DNA from: Macrostomum lignano
Lineage: Eukaryota
DNA: 64,000 bases
Reading direction: 5' to 3'
Assembly: GCA_002269645.1 (NCBI GenBank)
Contig: NIVC01001788.1
Location: forward strand, 1 to 64,000
How positions within the stretch are numbered: the stretch's first letter is position 1; the number at the start of each line of letters is the position of its first letter. The notes under the pieces are model-generated. The model saw only the letters and a program-made list of their open reading frames with translations, was not told where the DNA came from and did no database searches. Shown here one piece after another: positions 10,969 through 22,936 of the stretch. A program made the translations under genes and the position numbers.

Positions 10969-13900
10969 TTACAGCTCCTCCTTCTGAAATTAAGAGGAAA
11001 GAGCAAAAGTTAGGTTCGTAATTTGTAGTTGTAGCAGTAGTATTGTAGTAGTATTAGTAGTAGTATTTAATTCATTCTACTGCATCATGCGTCTGCGACT
11101 TACCACATCATCGGCCGACTTCTCATCCTTGACCTCGTCGGACGTGCCCTCTTTCGAACTGGTGGCAGGAGTCGGTACCGGTTCGTCTTCGATGTCCTCC
11201 TCGACGCCCTCAGATTCCGGCACGCCGACCGACAGGCGGAGCATCGACTCGATACGCTCAGCGAAGCCGGCGGAGTCCTCCAGAACGTAGCCGCTGCGCA
11301 GGGTGGCAGCCTCGTACAGGATGGTGGCCAGCTGCGCGGTGGACTTGTCGTCAGGCTGATCGGCGGCGCGTCGTTTGAGCTCCTTGATTAACGGATGGCG
11401 CGGATTAATCTCCAAGATTTTCTTCTGCGACGAGAAGTGCACCTGGGAAGGATCCTGGGCCTTCTGGTAGGCCTGAGCGCGCATCACGCGGTCCATAGCG
11501 GCGTCCCAGCCGTACTGGGAGGCGACCAGGGCGCAAGGCGAAGATGCGAGGCGGTCGGAGATCTGGGCCTTCTCGATCTTGTCTTTCAAGGCGGTCTCCT
11601 GCAGCCACTTGGTCAGGGGTTCGAACTCCTTAGTCAATGCCTCCTTGCGCTCCTTGACCTCGGCGGTCTCTTCGCCAATCTGGATGCCGTCCTTGGCAGC
11701 ATTCTGGAACTTCTTCCCTTCGAACTCTGGCAGTGACTGGATGGCGTACTGATCGATCGGCTCCAGTAGGTACAGAACTTCGTATCCGCGTTTCAGCAGC
11801 TTCTCAACGAACGGAGAGTTCTCAACTTCCTTCCTGGATTGACCAGACATGAAATAGATGTTGTCCTGCTTCTCCTTCATGCGGCTGACATAGTCGGCCA
11901 GGGACACCTGCTCTTTGCTGTCGTGAGACGACCAGAACAGCAGAAGCTTGGACAGGCGCGTCCGGTTAGCCGCATCGTCAATAATTCCAACCTTGATGTT
12001 GGTTGAGTATTCCTTCCAAAATAGTTTGTACTGCTCCGGCGCGATCTTCTTAATCATGTCAAGCGCCTTTCTGACGAGCTTCTTCTTAATCACCTTTAAC
12101 AGTTTGTGCTGCTGGAGAGTCTCACGGCTGACGTTAAGAGGCAGATCGTCGGAATCAACGATGCCCTTAATGAAGCTAAGATACTTTGGCATCATCTCTT
12201 CGAAATTGTCGGTGATAAATACTCGCCGAACGTACATCTTGATGTTGTCAGTTTTCTTGCCATAGTTGGACCAGGCATCGAAATCGGCTGTCTTAGGCAC
12301 AAACAGAATGCTCTTGAATGTGACTTCGCCTTCGGCAACGAAATGCGACTTAGCCAGCGGATCTTCGCTAGCTTTAGTAAACGATTTAAAGAACTGATTG
12401 TACTCTTCGTCCTTGATATCGGCTGGTTTGCGAGTCCAGATAGGCTTGTTCTCGTTGACCAATCGCCAGTCCCAGACGGTTTTCTCAACCTTCTTTGGCT
12501 CCGATTTATCCTTCTCTTCTTCCACAGTGGCATCCTCGTCTTTCTTTTCCTTCTTCTCGTCCTTGTCCTGAGCTTCCTCAACAGTCTCGGTTCGGCTTTC
12601 CCACATATAGATTGGGAAGTTAATAAACTGCGAGTATTTAACAATGAGATCGCGTAGGCTGCTGGGCTCTAGCCAATCCAAGCCTTCCTCTTTCATGTGC
12701 AGAATGATTTCTGTGCCTCGCTTCAGCGTGTTACCGCGCGGATCCTCCGTCACTGAGAAACTGTTAGCGTCCGACTCCCAAATGTATTGCTTGTCATCGT
12801 TGTGCTTAGTGATAACGGTGACTCGGTCGGCAACAAGGAACGAGCTGTAGAAGCCAACGCCAAACTGGCCAATCAGATCGCTACTCTCGGTGGTAGACTG
12901 GACCTCGGATAGTTTTGTCAAGAACTCCGAGGTGCCAGATTTGGCAATTGTGCCAAGATTCTTCACCAGGTCCTCCTTGGTCATGCCAATGCCCGTGTCA
13001 ATCACGCGCAGCGTTTTATCCTCTTTGTCGGCCTTGATCTTGATGCTTAGCTCCGGGGTGGCATCCAGGACCTCCTTATTAGTGAGCGACATGAAGCGAA
13101 TCTTGTCCAGGGCGTCGCTGGCATTTGAAATTAATTCGCGAAGGAAAATCTCCTTGTTCTTGTAAAGAGAATTGATGATCAACTTCATCATCCGATCCAC
13201 CTCGGCCTGGAAAGCAAACTTCTCAGCTTTGTCGCGGAGCTCCTTCACTTGAGCTGCATTGAGTCCATCTAGCTTAATGGCTTGCTCTTCTCGCTCAACA
13301 ACTTTGTCATCTGTTTTTGAGCCAACCTTGTCACCTCCAGTTGCTTCTTTAACCTTGGTAGGATCAGAATCTCCAGCTTGGGCCTGGACTGGTGGCACCA
13401 GAGATGATAGGAGGCCTGTGAATTAAATAAAATGTTGATTTAAATAGCTAATAAAGTAAGACATATTTTAATACAATTTGACTTATACTCGATGCTTGAA
13501 ACTAGACTTTAACTAGAAACAACCTGTTAAAAGAAATAATTTTTAAATCAACTATACTTATAGATTAAAATACAATACATTAAAATAAAATTAACATATA
13601 ATCTAAATAAGATTTAAAAGTTTGGTTTTCAATGTTGGACTATTTTTGAAAGCTTTTCATACTAAAAAGTCTTATTTATTTATTTTATTATTATACAAAA
13701 TGTAAATAAAGTTTATTATTAAATTTTAAATATTATCACAATAGGATTTTCCTATGACTAAGTTATAACTAATTAGGCCTCAATTTAATATAAAGGTCTT
13801 TGAATTGACTTAGTATATAAAATAAAAATATATGGCAATTACAAATTTTAGGTCCTAAAAACTAATATACACAAGCAAAAATAAAATTGAATAGTGATAG

Positions 13901-14228
13901 CCATAGCAGGTTTATAACACATCCTATTTAAAAGGAATTATTTCTAAATATATAGATTGAATGGACTCAACAAAAAACAAGACAAATAAAACAGATTAAT
14001 ATGACACTTGACAATTTATATTTAACTCTACAAAAACTATTGCTGACAAAGTCTATTTGGTTTAGTTGCATTTTTTACACAAACTAACATTAGTTACAGT
14101 CAAATGTAAAGTCAGATAAACCTGTTAAGTGTATAGAACTTCAAGCCAAATAATTGACGCCGGATTTCGGAATACTCACCAAGTGAAATTAGAATGAAAA
14201 ATGCTAGGATTATATATCGCTGACGCAT
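10969..14228 (-). CDS. HSP90B1: Endoplasmin / GRP94 (ER Hsp90), 3 exons (14228-14180, 13415-11104, 10983-10969), 791 aa
   Basis: Signal peptide [28 protein letters not shown] is built across a phase-1 intron. Hsp90 motifs [30 protein letters not shown] and [12 protein letters not shown] are present. A phase-0 last intron (gtaagt...tttcag) adds the ER-retention signal KEEL*. Confidence 0.95.
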
Positions 14229-14425
14229 TTCCACCAGCTATTTATGATTCGAATTCGGCTTGAATAAGCGCACGAAACAAGTCAGTGCAAATTACTGAAA
14301 GCTTAGAATATTAATTTAGTGTCACCGTGTATCAAAACTCTGCAAAGATTTTTCAGAATATAAATTAAACTTGAAAAAGAAACTCAATTTAAACTCGTGC
14401 GCCAGCGTCTTCACACGCTTTTAGA

Positions 14426-14444
14426 TGTGGTCTCCTGCGATTGG
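14426..14444 (-). promoter_or_regulatory. ERSE-like ER stress response element
   Basis: The minus strand reads CCAAT-CGCAGGAGA-CCACA (consensus CCAAT-N9-CCACG, one mismatch) about 200 bp upstream of the GRP94 ATG. Confidence 0.65.
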
Positions 14445-16059
14445 CTAGCGAATAAGTAGTTAACCTAAGAAACGCGGAATTCTAAATCTATAGTGCGTAT
14501 CGTTAATAACGATGTTACAATTTGCTTTGGAAATGCCTATTCACTTTTATTCACATTTAATTTAGTACTATTCAACTGTCAACTAAACTAAATACCGACT
14601 TTGCTTATCTTATTTTCGAATAGTTAAATACAGGGTATTGGTTTTTCTAGAAAGATAAAGTTCAACATTTTTAAGCTGTAAAACTACGAGCGTAGTTTCA
14701 GTTAACGCCCGAGTACGAGTAAAAATGAAATCTGGTCAATCTTGATTTATAGAATCAGGGGTCAAAAATCGTTTTTTTAACTTGATGATGCGTATAATGT
14801 AGAAATTGCTTTCATATTCCACATAATTGCTGATTTGTCAACTTCGTTGTAAAAACTTCGCAGTGTTAATTTCGCTGTTACACAATACGTTACGTCATTT
14901 GGAAATTGCATGTCTAATCAATACCATTTCTCCTAATACAGGGTGAAAATTTGTAATTCCGCTTGTATTCTTGAATAAATTTAAAAAACTGGCGGAGTGT
15001 TCGCACGAGAACTGTATGTATTTCTGGCTTATCACTGGCATTGTTGTTACTTGGCACTCGACACAAGGAACTGCTGTAACAATTTGAACTACATAGGACG
15101 TAGATTTATCGGGTTTTTAAACGAAAATTATACTACCATTAGAAACTTCAAAATAATATTTTCAATCAACCGCAGCTCTGCTATTTGCAAACGCTATTCC
15201 AATTAATAAATTTGTACTACACCATATATTATCAAATATCGGAGCTAAAAATGATCGAAATACTCAAAATCAGAAGGCTTATTAAAAAGTTGATATTTAC
15301 TCGTATATATACAAAGCAACAGACCAGAGTTGCATTAAAACACAGCATACTCTTTGATTGATAGCGAAGTAATTTTGATAACGTAAATAATTTTTTACCA
15401 AGAATGTAGCACACAAGGTACAAGCTTATGTACAAAATTACCCGAACGTTTAATCCGAGAAGACAATAAAAATGCATGCATAACACTGTATTAGTCTAGG
15501 CAATTAATAATTTTTTTAAAATTGCCGAATAATCTCGCTATGATGCTAATAGCTTTACGTTCTGTAACATTTCTGTCACACGCTGTTTTAACTTGAATGT
15601 ATCTAGGAAAGCATATATTAACGGTATAGCACAGACGAAATCACAATAAGCACACATTAAGCAGCAGTGCAAGAGATTTAATAAGCAAAAAACCAGAGAA
15701 AGACCTGGTACATAACTGGAATTTTGAGCAGCCTAGCTAACAAGTTAAGGCTTGCCTCGGAGTTACTATAACCTAAAACAATAGAGAACATCTATGAATA
15801 AGAGTACATTTGATGAATAAAATGAGAATACGCGTGAGGGAAATTTAAAATGTCAATTGAAAACATCTTTTTTTAGTAAGACAAGTCAATAACCATCCGC
15901 TTGTATAACTACTCGATAAGTAGCATGTACGCAAACAAATTGAAACTAGAATGTGCACAAACTTAGTTGTAAAATAAAACTGGTAATAATCTAAAATATC
16001 AGTACAAGAAGACAACTGAGCAAAGTATGCAATCATCAAATCTATTGCAATAGAACTCG

Positions 16060-17780
16060 ATTATCCCGGTCCAAAATCCCCAGATCTAGAACTCGATAAT
16101 CCCAGACCCAACTGCCCAGATCTAGAACCCGATAATCCCAGTCCGAAATCCCCAGATCTAGAACTCGATAATCCCTGTCCGAAATCCCCAGATCTAGAAC
16201 CCGATAATCCCAGTCCCAAATCCCCAGATCTAGAACTCGATAATCCCAGTCCGAAATCCCCAGATCTAGAACCCGATAATCCCAGTCCGAAATCCCCAGA
16301 TCTAGAACCCGATAATCCCAGTCCGAAATCCCCAGATCTAGAACCCGATAATCCCTGTCCGAAATCCCCAGATCTAGAACCCGATAATCCCTGTCCGAAA
16401 TCCCCAGATCTAGAACCCGATAATCCCAGTCCGAAATCCCCAGATCTAGAACCCGATAATCCCAGTCCGAAATCCCCAGATCTAGAACCCGATAATCCCA
16501 GTCCGAAATCCCCAGATCTAGAACTCGATAATCCCTGTCTGAAATCCCCAGATCTAGAACCCAATAATCCCAGTCCCAAATCCCCAGATCTAGAACTCGA
16601 TAATCCCAGTCCGAAATCCCCAGATCTAGAACTCGATAATCCCAGTCCCAAATCCCCAGATCTAGAACCCGATAATCCCAGTCCGAAATCCCCAGATCTA
16701 GAACCCGATAATCCCAGTCCGAAATCCCCAGATCTAGAACTCGATAATCCCTGTCTGAAATCCCCAGATCTAGAACCCGATAATCCCAGTCCCAAATCCC
16801 CAGATCTAGAACTCGATAATCAGAGTCCCAAATCCCCAGATCTAGAACCCGATAATCAGAGTCCCAAATCCCCAGATCTAAAACCCAATAATCCCAGTCC
16901 CAAATCCCCAGATCTAAAACCAATAATCCCAGTCCCAAATCCCCAGATCTAAAACCCAATAATCCCAGTCCCAAATCCCCAGATCTAAAACGCGATAATC
17001 CCAGTCCGAAATCCCCAGATCTAGAACTCGATAATCAGAGTCCCAAATCCCCAGATCTAGAACCCGATAATCCCAGTCCGAAATCCCCAGATCTAGAACC
17101 CGATAATCCCAGTCCCAAATCCCCAGATCTAGAACTCGATAATCAGAGTCCCAAATCCCCAGATCTAGAACCCGATAATCCCAGTTCCAAATCCCCAGAT
17201 CTAGAACCCGATAATCCCAGTCCCAAATCCCCAGATCTAGAACTCGATAATCAGAGTCCCAAATCCCCAGATCTAGAACCCGATAATCCCTGTCCGAAAT
17301 CCCCAGATCTAGAACCCGATAATCCCAGTCCGAAATCCCCAGATCTAGAACCCGATAATCCCAGTCCGAAATCCCCAGATCTAGAACCCGATAATCCCAT
17401 TCCGAAATCCCCAGATCTAGAACTCGATAATCCCTGTCTGAAATCCCCAGATCTAGAACCCGATAATCCCAGTCCCAAATCCCCAGATCTAGAACCCGAT
17501 AATCCCAGTCCCAAATCCCCAGATCTAGAACCCGATAATCCCAGTCCCAAATCCCCAGATCTAGAACCCGATAATCCCAGTCCGAAATCCCCAGATCTAG
17601 AACCCGATAATCCCAGTCCGAAATCCCCAGATCTAGAACCCGATAATCCCAGTCCGAAATCCCCAGATCTAGAACCCGATAATCCCAGTCCCAAATCCCC
17701 AGATCTAGAACCCGATAATCCCAGTCCCAAATCCCCAGATCTAAAACCCAATAATCCCAGTCCCAAATCCCCAGATCAAG
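16060..17780. repeat. 36-bp minisatellite (gaaatccccagatctagaacccgataatcccagtcc), ~48 copies
   Basis: Lies about 170 bp downstream of the lipase stop codon. It explains the 310/327-aa pseudo-ORFs with 12-aa periodicity. Confidence 0.95.
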
Positions 17781-17952
17781 AACTCTAATCTTAGCTCCGA
17801 ATCCATACTTTAAAAAATCAAACTTTCCTATCTCTAATTTGCAGTTGAAAAACGTAAACTGCAAGGCTAAAAATCGGCCGAAAGTTATTAAGTACATGCT
17901 TTATTGTTAAATCCAGGTAGGAGAGAATAATTATTGATTAAAAAACTGCAGA

Positions 17953-20900
17953 TCAATCGGACATGGCCTCTCTCAGTCGTTGCACCACAAAATCCGACCC
18001 GGCCTTGGCGTCTCGGCTGGTCAAATTAAAATTAAGAAAGCCGTGCGGCAAATCGGAAAGCACGTCCAGCTTAACTGGCCGGCCAAGCTCGGACAGTTTC
18101 CTAGCCAGCATGATGCTGTCGTCAAGGCAGGGGTCCAGACGGCAGGCGATCATGTGCACGGGCGGCAGGCGGGCCAAGTCGGCATCGTCGGCCAGGTAGG
18201 GACTCATGAACGGGTCCAGCGGTATGATGAACGGCCCGGCGATGCGAATCTTTGTCAGCGGGGTCTCGATTGGACTCTGGGCAAAATGTCGCTCGCCCAA
18301 CTGGGCTAGGAAGTCCAGCTCCGAGGCTCCCCGCTGCTGTTGCTGCTGAGCCTGACGCCGCCGCTCCGGCCTCGGCGACTGCAGCTGCTGGGGCAGCGCC
18401 GGCGCCGATCGACTTACCGGCAGGCGGCCGCCGACGCCGCTCGACGACAAAGACGAAGCTTCATCGCCGGCCGGCTCGCCAGCCGTCCAATCGTCCCAGG
18501 AGAAAATCTCGTCCGAATGCGCGCTGTCCGGCGGCGCCGAAGATTTTGACGCCGCAGCCGCAGCCGCATTCGCCGACGATGACGACGCGGCCAGGCCATT
18601 CTCGGCCAGCTGTCCGAGCAAAGAGCCCTCGTCGATGCCGGCGTAGGCCAGCAGACAGCGGGTCAGAATGCCGACAGGCAGCAGCGGATCCATGATGGCC
18701 ATCAGGCGGGACGGAGACGGCGTGAACCGAATCAGGGCGGGGGTGTAGATGGGCAGCAGCAGGTCCGGCGGCCGGATGCCGAACTGCACGCAGCGGATGC
18801 TCATAGACAGGATTAGATTGCCGCCGGCCGAGTCGCCAACGGCGATAATCCGCTGTCCGGTGCTGCCTAATGCGCGGAAATTGTTCAGGCACCAGGCGTA
18901 GCTGAAGAACACCTCTTCTAGAGCGCGGGGAAACGGATTCTTTGGCGCCAGGCTGTAGTCTACGCTGACTATTGGACAGTCGAGGTCGCGGGCCCAGTGG
19001 CGCAGGTACACCTCCTGGCTGCGGGAGCTCTGCGCCACGAAGCCGCCTCCGTGAACGTGAAAGATTAGACAATTGGAGGGGGCCACCGTGTCTGGGGGCA
19101 GGTTTCCTAGCAACCAGGTCATGCCGACGCGGGCCCGATGGCACAGTAGTCGACAGGCGACAGCGTCGGGGCCGCGGTGCGCCACTGGCGGAGCGATGTT
19201 CACCTTGTCGGGAATCTGCGAAGCACATTGGGAGTTGATACTGAAACTTAATTTTTTTCTATTGCAAACACCAAGTAAAGCAACATTTGATGTTCAAGCG
19301 ATTGAAGAAAGCACATCACGCGGGTATCACAAGATCATCACAGACTAAGTACAGCTGGTGGGAGTTGCAATCACGTGATCATCACAGACTAAGTACAGCT
19401 GGCGGGGATTGCAATCACGTGATCATCACAGACTAAGTACAGCAGAGGGGGTTGCAATCACGTGATCATCACAGACTAAGTACAGCTGGCGGGGATTGCA
19501 ATCACGTGATCATCACAGACTAAGTACAGCAGAGGGGGTTGCAATCACGTGATCATCACAGACTAAGTACAGCTGGTGGGGATTGCAATCACGTGATCAT
19601 CACAGACTAAGTACAGCAGAGGGGGTTGCAATCACGTGATCATCACAGACTAAGTACAGCTGGTGGGGATTGCAATCACGTGATCATCACAGACTAAGTA
19701 CAGCAGAGGGGGTTGCAATCACGTGATCATCACAGACTAAGTACAGCTGGTGGGGATTGCAATCACGTGATCATCACAGACTAAGTACAGCTGGTGGGGA
19801 TTGCAATCACGTGATCATCACAGATTAAGTACAGCTGGCGGGGATTGAAATCACGTGATCTCAGGCTAAGTACAGCTCTCCACTCAATATTAAATCACAC
19901 GATCGCAGACTCAGTACAACAGACCGAGATTCAGTCGCATAACCTATGGCACACCCAACCAATTATGCTACAGTAATCAGATCTAATGCGCAGCTATTTT
20001 TCAACCTCAATATTCTTTCAACTTTCTAAACCATAGTTTAACTAACTTAGGGTCAGGAAACAATTTAGCTGCCATCACAACAACACGTGGCAAAACACAA
20101 TTGAAAATAAGAATAGCTGCTAGTTGGTTACTTCTGCTTAAGACCTATAAATGTAGCTGAGAGAGAGACCATGCGTGGCTCAGCTAGGGGGGGAGTGAGG
20201 GCGGGGTCAACTAGGACTGACCGCTGCACAAGCATAGCCTGCGCCAATAGTCGTGTCAGCTCCAAAGTCTAAACTTGAATAACACAAGAAACCCGTATGA
20301 AATGTGGTCACTGGTCAGACTGAAAATTTCAGACTTTGCGTGTGCTGATTATCTACAAACATTGAACGGAAATTTCTAGATGCAAAAATGCTTGACGCAT
20401 TGCCTGTCAGGTCTATTAATAGTTTTATTGAACAGATTCTGCCACTTGACACTGAGAAATAGTCTGTTATTACTTCTTATTTAAAAAAACTTTCAAATCG
20501 CTTTTAACAAGCAAGGATGATGGATCCCTCATCTAGAATTGCCCCATCCCTCTTTCAAAAATCCATACACGATCCCTTAATCCAGAATCGCCCCATCCCT
20601 AATCCAGAATCGCCCCATCCCTGATCCAGAATCGCCCCATCCCTAATCCAGAATCGCCCATCCCTAATCCAAAAGTCGCTCATCTCTCATCTAGAATTGC
20701 CCCATCCCTCTTTCAAGAATCCATACACGATCCCTTAATCCAGAATCGCCCCATCATCCCTAATCCTGAATCGCCTCATCCCTCATCCAGAATCACCCCA
20801 TCTCTACTTTAGAATCGCCCCATCTCTAATCCAGAATCGCCCCATCCCTAATCCAGAATCGCCCCATCCCTCATCCAGAATCGCCCCATCCCTACTCCAG

Positions 20901-22936
20901 AATCGCCCCATCCCTCATCCAGAATCGCCCCATCCCTGATCCAGAATCGCCCCATCCCTAATCCAGAATCGCCCCATACCTAATCCAGAATCGCCCCATC
21001 CCTGATCCAGAATCGCCCCATCCCTAATCCAGAATCGCCCCATCCCTAATCCAAAAATCGCTCATCCCTCATCTAGAATTGCCCCATCCCTCTTTCAAAA
21101 ATCCATACACGATCCCTTAATCCAGAATCGCCCCATCCCTAATCCAGAATCGCCCCATCCCTGATCCAGAATCGCCCCATCCCTAATCCAAAAATCGCTC
21201 ATCCCTCATCTAGAATTGCCCCATCCCTCATCCAGAATCGCCCCATCCCTACTCCAGAATCGCCCCATCCTAATCCAGAATCGCCCATCCCTCATCCGGA
21301 ATCGCCCCATCTCTAATCCAGAATCGCCCCATCCCTCATCCAGAATCGCCCCATCCCTGATCCAGAATCGCCCCATCCTAATCCAGAATCGCCCAACCCT
21401 CATCCGGAATCGCTCTCGTACCTGCGAATAGAAAGCTCCAGGAGAATGCGGCAGAACCCTAGGCAGCTGGAAAGCGGTGGGCGGTATGTGGAAGACCTCG
21501 CTAACAGCCGGCGAAGGGCACATAATCATCGGCAGACTCTGGAAGAACGGATTCTCTGCGCTATTCCAAAAGCTCAGACAGAAATCCACGGTAGCATTTC
21601 TAGTCATATTGACTACGGCGGCTGCTCGACCCTCGTGATCGTACAGATGCCGGCTAGAGTTGGCCAAGGTGCTGGCCCACTTGGCTAATCCGCGCCTATC
21701 CCTATTCTTATAATCCTCGGCAAATGTGGCCATGCCGATGCTGATCGCTAGCAGGGTGGCGTGCACCGAGTCGCAGAATTGAAAGCCGAGACAGCGACCG
21801 TAGAAGCACTCCTGAGCGATGCACTCGGCCTGCAGCATGAGATCCTTGGCCTCGGGATCTGTTGTGTACACTGATTCGTCAACGAATAAGGATCCGGGCG
21901 CGCTGAATGCTGGCAGGCGTTCCGCATAGTGCAGACAGTAGTGCAGCTGGTCTAAGCAGGATATGTACGCCTGGGCAGGGGGGGGGCAGAGGGGTCAGAG
22001 GAGGTCAATCGAAACTGATCCATTTGGCAGAAAGTAGTTCGAGATAATAAATTATAAAATTAGTAACAATACAACAGGTCTTAAAGTATACTAATAGACA
22101 GATTATCCTAATAGATGTGTCACAGATTATTCCAACAGATGTCATAGATTATCCTAATAGATTTCATAGATTATCCCAACAGATGTCATATATTATCCCA
22201 ATAGATGTCATAGATTATCCCAACAGATCTGTCATAGATTATCCCAATAGATGTCATAGATTATTCCAATAGATCTGTCACGGATTATCCCGATAGATCT
22301 CTCATAGATTAATTCCAATAGATCTGTCACGGATTATCCCAATAGACCTGTCATAGATTATCCCAATAAATCTGTCATAGATTATCCCAATAGATTTTCA
22401 CAGATTATCGAAATAGATCTCAATCCCAAAAAATTCCAAGTATCCCAATATCATCTACCAGCAAATCATATTACATTTATAAAATAGAAATAACCATATA
22501 GATATCATTAGATATTAATTAGCCTCACCTTAAGCTCTCGTTGATAATGTCCAGATCTAAATAGCAGCGATTGGCGGCCATTCCTCACGTGAGTAGCCAC
22601 ATTGAGCAGGCGGCGGCAGCAGCGCTCAGTAACAAACAGCAGACTCCGATAGCCATTAGCCCTCATGCCGGCAAAGTCGTACCGCCTGGCCATGCCAAAT
22701 AGCGACTCGGACAGTGGCCGAATATTGCCATCAATTAGGTCGATTAATTTGCTAAATTGGCTGGCAAATTTGAGTTCGGTATCGCCAGATTGAGCCTCGT
22801 AATACTGCAGATTATCTGTGGCACATTCGGTGAGCTCCACTAGCAGCTTTTGAAAGTCAGTCCGGTCAGCTTGGTCCAGTCTGAGACAGTTGGCATCCGA
22901 GATCCGCGGCTCCAGCGAGCTGCACAGCAGTACCAT
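17953..22936 (-). CDS. LIPE: Hormone-sensitive lipase, 3 exons (22936-22529, 21970-21422, 19215-17953), 739 aa
   Basis: HSL_N-type N-terminus (MRANGYRSLL, CFYGRCLGFQF), HGGGF oxyanion motif, GDSAG nucleophile, LDPCLDDS acid and LPHGFL histidine. All junctions are phase 0 GT-AG. Confidence 0.92.
19330..19870. repeat. 43-44-bp minisatellite with the palindrome ATCACGTGAT in LIPE intron 2
   Basis: About 12 copies with two alternating variants. Confidence 0.9.
20520..21410. repeat. 22-bp minisatellite (ccagaatcgccccatccctaat) in LIPE intron 2
   Basis: Starts about 10 nt from the exon 2 donor and includes a repeated higher-order block. Confidence 0.9.
22100..22420. repeat. Degenerate ~22-bp minisatellite (atagatgtcatagattatccca) in LIPE intron 1
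   Basis: Direct inspection. Confidence 0.8.

Noticed and set aside
11087-13165. Antisense ORFs inside GRP94, LIPE, FIG4, RPLP1 and the FAM53-like exon
   Set aside because: They are shadows of GC-rich codon usage on the true coding strand.
11077-13398. Single-exon 773-aa Hsp90 as given by the ORF track (or a bacterial HtpG)
   Set aside because: It lacks a signal peptide and retention signal only because two short exons are missed. The spliced model gives a canonical GRP94.
16042-17897. 310- and 327-aa ORFs with WDYRVLDLGIS repeats
   Set aside because: These arise from a stop-free 36-bp minisatellite. Several frames are open, and an indel near 16917 breaks them without any sign of constraint.
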